A stretch of DNA of 61,445 nucleotides, the filler included, from Basidiobolus ranarum (Eukaryota), in the NCBI GenBank assembly GCA_040143965.1. It is 5 parts of 5 records of this genome, joined end to end, with 100 filler letters (N's around TTAATTAATTAA, not from the genome) between each part and the next. Parts side by side here need not be neighbours in the genome. Positions count along the whole stretch, not along the records: positions 49,258 to 61,445 come from JASJQH010000561.1; 4 more parts are not named here. One strand, written 5' to 3'. The first letter of the stretch is position 1. Each line of letters opens with the position of its first letter. This document shows, piece after piece, positions 52,043-61,445 of this stretch. The notes under the pieces were generated by a model. The model had not been told where the DNA came from, did not search any database, and saw only the letters and a list, made by a program, of their open reading frames with translations. A program made the position numbers and the translations under genes.

Positions 52043-55000
52043 TTATGAATACAGAGAAGAATGCCAAGCAACTAGGGAAAAAGTGTGAGATTCGTCAATT
52101 GCTAGTATTATATTTAGAACAAATAAGTGTGCACGAAACTTAAGGGCTAGCCATGAATATAAGGACAAATACTAGGAGTAGGATGGAATCGCATCAGATT
52201 AAATATAAGAATGAACCATTGAGGGTGTACCAGAGAAAATGTGGCTGAAGTTTTGACACGTATAAAACCAGCAGCGCTTAATGTTCTCGTGTAAATGGTT
52301 GATCAAGGACATCTAGGATCATCAATTTATTGACAATCGGTAAATCCAGTAAGTGGAGTAAGATCTATATAACCACACTACAAGAATGGTATATTCTGAG
52401 CCTTTTGTCACATGAAAATCGGGAAGTCTAGTACACGCTTACGGCCCTGGCACTGATATATCAACAATCATGCGTTACCCTTCAGCTGAATTCCCGCGCT
52501 AATCTCATGAGGTTTACAAAGTCCATCAATATTAAGAGACAAACATCTGACAAATTAATAGTTGTGATTGTGTTTCATTTCTCAATAATGATGAACAGAA
52601 GTAGACTTCAATCTAGAGTGTCTTTAGTTGGAGAGAAACAAGTTTACCACCCAAGCTTGGTTTCTTCATTGGTATTATAGGGTATAATGCCATGCAACAA
52701 TGGTCTAATTCAACCTTCCTGGTCGCAGAATCATGGGAACCCTTCAACAGTATTGGGATAAGATGAGAAATCTGACAGCTATATTCGGACTTGTAGGACA
52801 TCCATACCACTCAAAGATGTGACCTTCGTGATTGACGCCACAAACTGATTTGACTAATTTCACACTTATTTCAGTCGGGAGAAGAGTATTTAGCTTCATT
52901 CAAGACGTGGAGTGCATCAACGTATTGGCAATAGCCAAATTCTCAGCGTCATCTTCACAAGTCAGTGCGGTGATAGTGCTCATCTGAAAGGTCAATATAT
53001 AAATGAAAATATAATTAGAGCTTCAGATCGCGTTTAGTTACCATATATGATAGTCATCTAATATGTTAAGATCTGAGACTGGAGCCCATAGTGAGTGGCT
53101 CAGCAATACTATCATGTGAAAGCAACAAGCGCCACGGCTACTGCTTCGGGACCAACCCACGATCCAAGCTATACTGTAGCACAGCCCCTATATTGTTTCT
53201 GAGCGTGATTGAGTGGGCGCTTTGTGATGAGGCTATCACCTTCGCTTCCCTTTTGTTAAAAATAGTTATCAATCATTTCAATCATGTCGAGTTTCTCTTA
53301 ATCATGGTAGTGGTACAGCTAGAGAAAAGCGGATCTTTCCAATACTCTTATGCTATTCATTAGAAATCCTCATCTTGCGCGAACTCAGCAGAGGTTTCTG
53401 GTGCCCCTAGTAGACCATCAAGCAACTCGGCCTAGCTTGAGTTGAAGATCTAGGATTTCCGCGTGGGAAATTCATTACAATTACGTCCTCACTGCTTTCC
53501 ATGTATTTATATAAATATGTTTCAAGTGCTCAACTGTGCGGTGACTGCAACTCGCAAGTCTATCTCGTCAGCATCATAAAATCGACAAAGTCAAATACTG
53601 TTTACACTAAGAGAAGAACTCATTAGTGCACAATATCTGACGCATAGATCGAACGATAATCTAGAAGTTGGTTGCATAAAAGGGTTTGTACACAGGGTTT
53701 TTGTAATAACTTGATTGTTACCAACAGCGCCTTTTTCCATTTTGCAATCATAACTCTCTACCCTGGGTTTGATTGAAAACATCCAACATCAGTACATGAT
53801 TAAGCATCGAGGAGTAAGCTTGTGTCCACCATGTAATTGTTGGTGTAGAATTTTATCTTTAGTACTAGCAATATTTCAACGGGAAATGTTCATATCTTGT
53901 TACTGCGGCCGTAAAGAATAAAATGTAGCCGCTTTCTATCACCTTTGTGGCTGTACCACGGCAATATATCACTTAAATTACTGGTTGGTTATTGCCACTC
54001 CAAGAATGCACAAGAAAGGCTAAACCCGGGAGGTGGAACTGCTGTACACAATTATCTGATAATTGATGTTATTATTGTTACTCGTGGTTTTACATATCGG
54101 TGATTTAGAACTTTTCGTTATATCCATCTTGATACTGCATTATTATTTCGTCACGTTATTGATCTCTACATCAGTAATCATGGATCTTCAATCGATATTG
54201 GTAATAAATATTAGATTTGAGGTTTTCATGAGTTTGAATAGCCTTCTTCTGACCAAGCTAAACAACTGGATTATAGGTTTCTGATACCTCCTTTGTTAGT
54301 CATAATTGCTCAGATAACTTGTAAGAGCAATAGACAACAGTGATTCCTATAGCTATGATCTGTGTTCATGCAAAGTTATTGAAATTAGAAGGTGAGTTAG
54401 AAACTCTGCCCACATGGTGTAGATAATTAATATGTGTCATGGATTTGTTATACCTACAGGTTTCACAGAAAATGCCTCTTATTTCATTTGATGCTAGAAC
54501 TGATAGGTAACTGAGTATGAGATCTTGAAATCATATTAGTCGGACTACATATACTCACTGGACACCAAAACCCCTAACAATGTGTTCAATTCCCAATAAT
54601 CCAAATTCTTTATATGCAACTTTTGGTAAATGGTTCAACACTTACTCCTCAGTATACTTGACATCCCCTCGCAACACGTAAGGTATTTTAGACTTAATAT
54701 TAAGTATGAAAGAGTTACATATATTCTAATGAATCTTGATTGGTGTGATGTATACAAAGTGCAAACATTGCAAAGAGTCTTGATATTGGAACTTGGTAGA
54801 CAGTGGAATATATACTTTCATGTCATCCTGAGAGATGCAAAGTGTACCTATCTTGTGTATGAGTTGCCAACTTGCCTGCAATAATGAGTACGGTAAAAGT
54901 AGTGCATCCCCTGTTATCAGAGCTTCAATGGTTGTTGGCAATATACACTCTAGTTTAGCTATGCAACATCTCACATACAAGGAACTGACAATTCAACAAT

Positions 55001-57982
55001 GCACAATACCAGAATGGATACCTAAACAATTCAACTATAGGGTTTTCACATACTGTACTTGAGAGCTTGATTAACTTATCAAAAGGAAGCAATTCCTCTC
55101 AGATACTCGCTTACTCCAAGTACGTTGTGATTTCCAACGAACTAGGATATTGCAAACGAAGCCACTGGAGAAAGTTGATCTGATAATCATGAGTTTTGAC
55201 ACCCGGTGTAACCTGTTATACTTATATACATGTGAATAAAAGTCTTTCCGATTAATTGTTGGTTCCTAACAACCTGTATATTTCCCAAGAGCGCTTGGAT
55301 ATACAATAATATGAGCAAATGAATTTAGAAGACAATATACTCTTACTAATAAAATTTGCAATTGGCCCTTACATATCGTGGTCAATTTCAGTCAAACGCA
55401 GTTTTATTATTCAAGATTTACACTTTGAAAGAGAGGTGTGCCTACTTTAACTGTTACTATCTAACATACATTTAATGAGTATGTAAGTGTACGCTGGCCG
55501 CAATGTTTGGCTAATTGAATGATTACATCCATCTTGTTACTACTTGAGGGTCTGTGTAATATTGGAGATCAGGTATTGATACAGAAATCGTCATAGTTGT
55601 AAAAAAAACCAGCTCTGAAGTTGCATTCCCCCATTGAATATGCCTCTATCTCGTAGTAACTATAATTGGCCGCCTTTCTGCCAAATTAGAAGGTCGACAT
55701 TCGATTATTCTCTCCATTGGGATTCCTATCAGTAACGTAGATGAAATAATCTGAAAATAAATATGTTGTATGTATGTAGGAAGTTGGTTGGTTGCTTTGG
55801 TATCCGCCGTACTCTCTAATATTGCCATCAGAGCGAGTAACATGATCAACTTAATAGGGCATTAGTAATGATACGCATAAGCTTAAGTAAATATATAGGA
55901 TAAGAAATGGCTAGAAAAGTATCTAGTTGAGCAATATGCCATTCTAAAGTTTTAATACTCTTCTTTATTGGGGCATCAATAAGCTTAACTTTGGTGCTCT
56001 TCATATGAGAGCAGATTATGAGTAAGCGGCTATTTATAACACGATCAGTTTCTGTAGTTGGCAATAACTGAAGATTAAGGTAAATTATTGGAAGTTTAGA
56101 ACCAAGTTTCCTAGTTGGGCCTTCGCTCTCTATTATATATGGAAAATATGGACGCGCTATGTATCACGACTTGGGTGAAACGCCAAAGTACAAAAGGGAA
56201 CTCATTGCGTGCAACCTCGAGCTTGCTATGCTCTAAGTATCCATGGCCGTGCAACGACGGTTGTAATCCAGAGATACTTTGTTCTGAGTGGAGGAAGCAA
56301 ATTAAAAGAATATATATGGGATTGACTCCTCAGGATTTACAATCATCGAGCATAACACCTGGCTTGATTGAGCATTTCCTTATTTACCAAAAGAATTTCA
56401 TTACACATTTGATCAGATTTCATTCATATTCATTAAGAGGAATTTAGGTACTCTGCAGTTACCCATTGAAGTGAAGCAGCAGCAACCCTCACTTCATTTA
56501 ACTGCACATTACTTGCAAAGGGATATAGCATCTGGTCCACGAAGGTCAACATGACTGGAGATATCTTATTGGCATAAATTCCAAATTTTCAGGTGTACAC
56601 CAATCAAATTGCGCCCCGTTCATTACCAGAAAAATGACGGTTCACCCTGGACGATGCAGTTGTATAGATGAACACCCCGCTCAGATATCACGGAGAAAGG
56701 GCACCGACAGTATAAAATTGTCTGTGTACAGCCCTGAGTCATAGTATATTGTGTAGTGAGGGTATTGGTAGATATCGGTTGGCCAAAGCTGAGTTAATGG
56801 AGGGAGCGTCGATCTTTGTAAAGATCGTAGATTTTGGGCACAGAATGATCTTTATTTACACAATTTACATGTTAAGTATTTTGGAATACAAAGCCTGAAC
56901 AGGTACAACCCGGTCATTGGGTTTTCCGCTGAGGTAGCACATATACATACACCACACAAAACCTCCATGTCGCCATAGAATCTCATTTGGTACTTTCTAA
57001 TCGAGGAGGCAAGAAGCCATGCGACTTCGAAGTGATACAAGCGTCTCCATTTGAAGACCTCAAATCACTGGTGCTTATGAATCGGGTTCCGAGTTTTGTG
57101 GCCTTGTTTGTTAATGACAAAGCGGGACTAAACTTGATCTATCCAATAAATTTGAAGTTTCACGGAAAAACGCATTATATTCAGAAATCTCCTAAAAGGT
57201 TTTCTATATTTTACAATAGTGATGAATAAGTAGCCATGTCTTGGCATGGGATAATATGTTGGAAATTCCTCATGAAGAATGTTTTGTCATACCAAAGACA
57301 CTGATTTCGATGACGGATATCGGATAGAGATATGAGTGGAGATAGGGAGAGGAGGAGGAATAAGAAAAGGCAATTCTTGTATCTCTCTCGTTCGCATCTC
57401 GGAGATTTTAGATAATAATGGAATGTGACTTTCCTTCTCCCATTGAGCTCAACCCCATTCGATGGCAACCAAGCTGAATATCATAGATGAGAACATCTCG
57501 GATATAGTAACATCTATGGAATGGCGTCAATCTACGCTAGACTCCTCGCTAAATAGAGACTAGTATCTGGTAGCATGATTTTGGAGGTTCCAGTGGTTAC
57601 CTACTGTAGCATGGATTTGGGGCACTTTGCGTTCGGAGGTATTCTCAGTCAAGTTTTCTCTCAATTTTTCTGGCCATTTTAATGGCGTCTTTGATACTTA
57701 GAAAGTGTAACCGTTGCGTAGGCATACATACAGGTGATGGTCCAAGAAATTTTATTGAGTAAACTCGGTAGAGGGGAGGACTGGTGCAAATCGGGTCAAA
57801 ATAGAAGAAAGCTTATGAATCCAGTTCATAAGATCAGACGTGTAACATTATTATTGCTTCAATGAAGCTGATGATTGATCACGTAATATTCGAATTTGGA
57901 TATAGTTGTACAAATTGCTGCTGGTTCCATGAATTATATTTACAGATTTAGAGGAATCAGAAACTAGGAACTCTGAGGTCCC

Positions 57983-58546
57983 TTAGATCAAATTTACCCG
58001 CGGATAGTACTGTGCTGTTTGTTGTAGTGGGATATAGGGCACTACTTTGAAGTTTCGGGCGGGGCTCATATATCCATGAAGGCCAATTTGGCCCATTATC
58101 AGTTGATAGTGTTGGTTTTGGGTGTCGATAAAGTGTTTCCAGTTGCGGAATTCTTCTTCGCATACGTGCAGTTGATAATGGATACATGCAAGAAACTCAC
58201 GCTCCATGACACCTGTCTCGTAGGAATTGAGTCCAGTGATAACTGACCAGGTTCGATTGTTGAAGGGTCTGTCCTCAAGGTACTTGCTGGCAAGAAGAAG
58301 AGCAATGGAGAAGATGCGAACTTCAGACCCTTTGCTTCCACTTAGATGTGGACAGAGCTGTTTAAGGCGCTGAAGATACTTTAAAGCTATATAAATATTC
58401 GATGGAGAGTTATCACACCAGGAAAGAACTCGATCACAAAATGCTTCAAGCATTGAAGAGTCTGCATGTGCAGTTCCATACCACAAATTAACTACGAAGG
58501 AAGAGACAAACTTAGATGAGAATGGGCGGATATAAGTATGAATCAT
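57983..58546 (-). CDS. Pho85-type (PCL/Clg1-like) cyclin, 187 aa, intronless
   Basis: Cyclin-box pattern IALKYLQRLK...GSEVRIFSIALLLASKYLED..FNN.TWS.ITG......MEREFL....YQLHV..EEF..W. Confidence 0.9.
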   Translation of the reverse strand: MIHTYIRPFSSKFVSSFVVNLWYGTAHADSSMLEAFCDRVLSWCDNSPSNIYIALKYLQRLKQLCPHLSGSKGSEVRIFSIALLLASKYLEDRPFNNRTWSVITGLNSYETGVMEREFLACIHYQLHVCEEEFRNWKHFIDTQNQHYQLIMGQIGLHGYMSPARNFKVVPYIPLQQTAQYYPRVNLI

Positions 58547-58610
58547 GTTAGATGCGAGACTACAAATCCAAATATTTCGAGGTTTTCATTAACATATGGG
58601 GAGTGAGGGA

Positions 58611-58618
58611 CTTTTATA
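58611..58618 (-). promoter_or_regulatory. Candidate TATA box (TATAAAAG) of the cyclin gene
   Basis: Consensus TATAAAAG about 65-70 nt upstream of ATG 58546. Confidence 0.4.
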
Positions 58619-61445
58619 ATGCTTCGAGGATGCCAACAACACGCTGCATATGGTGATACCACTTCTTGGCCATAATAATAAGTAGCCTCATCACAATAGA
58701 ATTACAATTATGGTGATTCAACCCTCCCATTGGCCTCTGTTCAGATCGTGGGCTAAATGAAATCTTCTGGGATTCGGACCAAACTATTTGTGCCACTCAA
58801 AAAATATTAAATCAAATTGAAGAAGCACCGCCAAAGTATAATTGACGTTGCTACAATAAATTACTTTCATATTTTTAGAACAATTCTTGATCACTCCTTA
58901 ATTGACCAGGAACATAGCATACACAGGCACTGATGGAGTAAATGGGCAGATCAAGCCTCACTTTGACCATATACCATCTGTAACCCACAATAACCAGCAA
59001 TTCAAGCCCAGTCCGTAACACGCAAAACAACTAGGCGATGCGACATTCTAATAGAGGTGCGCGGCGGTGATGTATTAGGATGCAACTTTGAGCCAAGCCG
59101 ACCTCCATTCACCTGCGCTTAATGTGAGAACAAGGTTGGTTTAGCTAGGATAAACAAGATGATCGATTTGTTTCGATTTATTTGGTTGGCTGGCGAAACC
59201 AGTAGCAGTGAAAGTGCTTTTCTGATGTATGTTTTCGCAACTCCCATTTTAATCAATAAAATGCCTCCCACACAAATAGATACAGTTGCGGCTACTAATG
59301 CCTGAGAATTCATTTGACCGCTTTCCAAAATAACTTTTCATGTCACATCAATTTCGTAGTAAAGCAAGTCTTTGCGCCAATACATAGTAGTGCCACGAGT
59401 TGCAGCTCCATGTTCTCACGATGAATACTCCTGCCTAACTAAACTCCAAGGACTATCTCAGGATTTCTAGTCTTGAGACAGATGTAATAGCCCCATACAA
59501 CAATAGGATGTCTACTACATCTAATGTTTATTGACGCGTTCAAGTATGTAGGGCTTACAACGTGGCTGGTCTAAGGAGAGTGAGCAGGGTAACCTCAGTA
59601 ACAAATTGCTTTTGCTGAATACCATTTGTGGCCGACACCTTGCATATCAGCCATAAGAGAATACGGCTACCTATTACGTGCAGACCAAAACACTTGGTCA
59701 AATAAGAATTATACGATATTTATCTTGCTGTAGGACATGAGGTGAGCATCAACTAAATGACCTTCCCCAGAACTTCCAATAATGTTGGTGTGCTTGGTGT
59801 AACAATTGTTGCTGGTCAGAGCTTCCATAGATTCATGTTGTGCAATTAGTAAGACGCTCTAAGATCACTTAGTAATGATTTTTAACTTAATGAAGATTAT
59901 TAATGTTGAAGTCGAGACCATTTCCTAATCATCTTTTTAGAAACCCGCTAAATTAAATCACGAAATGCGATCGATAATTTCCCATGACATATGCCACGTC
60001 TTTGTCAGGTTCCTTGACAAAAAGTATATGCCATCCCACTAACCGGATGTGTAAGTGCAATTAATGTTCGACAACTTAAGTTTAGAATATTGGATGTTTG
60101 TTTGGATATTATCATCAAATTGAACTCCCTATAACTAATTAGTTAAATGAGTGGTAATTTTGTTTACTAAATGAGCAATTTCAATTCGTACCCTATTACC
60201 GGTTGTGATATTGATATGCTATCTTTAGGACACTCCTAACATGCATCATACATGGCTTAATCGGCCTAGTCTTGTTAAAGATTATGAATTTCAAATCTGC
60301 CATTCCGGCTGTAGTTTAAATGTTCATTTGTGTACATACTACTTGAGTGTCTATTGAATAAACTTTACTTTCCCCTTGAATTTTGTAACAGCTTCACAAA
60401 TTCAGCAGCATAGCACAGTGCAGAGTTCCATCCGTTAAAAGATATGTCCTAGCCTTGGGTGGGGTTTCTATGGGTGAGTTGGTCGTGATAGTTTATAAAA
60501 CGTTAGGCTTGTGTAATCATCTGCTGCTCTCAACAATATACAGCTGGTGTTTGGTAACTATACTCCATCTACTGTATGACTCCCCATGATCATTGTACTT
60601 CAAACTCATTATAGACCATATGAACACACATGGTTTATTCGTTCTGACTCGATATTGGTAGTTGTCACTCTCTCTCTCTTAAGTTCTGTCCAACTAAGCT
60701 TTCAAATACCAAATATGTAATACAAAAGTCACCCCAAAGGGCATTTCTTTTCCACCAATATATCTGCCAATGTTGCTACTAGAAAGAATTAGCACTGGCC
60801 ATTGTTGAAGATGGCTGAGTTGTCATCTTTGAGTAACAGATTCAAAGGCTAACTTAGGTTAAGGTATCTCTAAGAATGAATTCCACTAATTAAGTTTTTC
60901 TTTTGGACATGATAATCAATGGTAAATGCTGATATTTGATTATCACTGCTTGATGATGTTCTACATAAGCTATGATACTCAAGTATCATTGATCTATACG
61001 ACTATACTAGCACCAATGGTGTCAGGTTTGACCAGCCCTAGGGTTAGGGATTAGAGACTTGAATAAGTTACACGCAGAGCTAGAGTGCGAGAAACCATTT
61101 AACCAACATGGACTTTTCCGGTGATATAGCAAAATAGAATATCTGGATTGGTAAATAACACTTTCCCCCACAGATATGGTGCATCCTAGACTCATATTAC
61201 ATTCGATTGGGGTGCAAATTCGTTCTAGAAATAATCGAGAAGATAGCAGCGAATGATCTCTGAATGGCTGGGATAGGGTTAGTTTAAGTTGCCTACACAT
61301 CACAAAATCCTGTATCATCCTGTAACAATATTCTCCCCTTCATACTTCTATTGCTCAAGTACAGAATCCAGCTCCACCCAACTATACTGCAAATCCAACT
61401 CCTGAACCCAAAATCTCCTTACCAAATAAGTTTGATGGCACTCGC

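Noticed and set aside
52620..53350. Minus-strand pseudogene-like region with a canonical-looking intron (~52985-53041)
   Set aside because: Stops occur in all frames and I recognised no family.
53400..57900. Numerous 60-110-aa ORFs in the long intergenic region of contig 5
   Set aside because: No motifs, codon bias or coherent exon chains; consistent with random ORFs.

Overview
AT-rich, intron-rich eukaryotic DNA, most consistent with an early-diverging fungus (Zoopagomycota/Mucoromycota-like; this is inference). The window is not contiguous. Four 100-bp N-gaps carry the six-frame-stop linker TTAATTAATTAA and separate five contigs of decreasing length (12247, 12218, 12199, 12193, 12188 bp), which indicates size-sorted concatenation. 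Contig 1 holds a decayed Ty3/gypsy-like pol remnant, a diverged direct repeat, an L-asparaginase and a 4-finger C2H2 TF. Contig 2 holds a divergent Ess1/Pin1 homologue, DPH4, ASA1, SIW14, an orphan Pro/Ser-rich coiled-coil gene and a copia RT fragment. Contig 3 holds VTS1 (5'-partial), an EMC2 pseudogene, RPB12, a tandem duplication with a micro-inversion, RPL25, a HEIP1/REDIC1-like gene head-to-head with a divergent CDH1/fizzy-related APC/C activator, a small 4-TM protein and the 5' end of ERG8. Contig 4 holds a zinc-knuckle plus MADS-like plus coiled-coil orphan, a decayed family-B DNA polymerase of possible viral origin, and a White Collar-1 photoreceptor with no GATA finger. Contig 5 holds a C2H2 plus coiled-coil TF and a Pho85 (PCL)-type cyclin. 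I recognised no rRNA, tRNA or CRISPR array. All calls come from manual translation and motif recognition; no searches were run.
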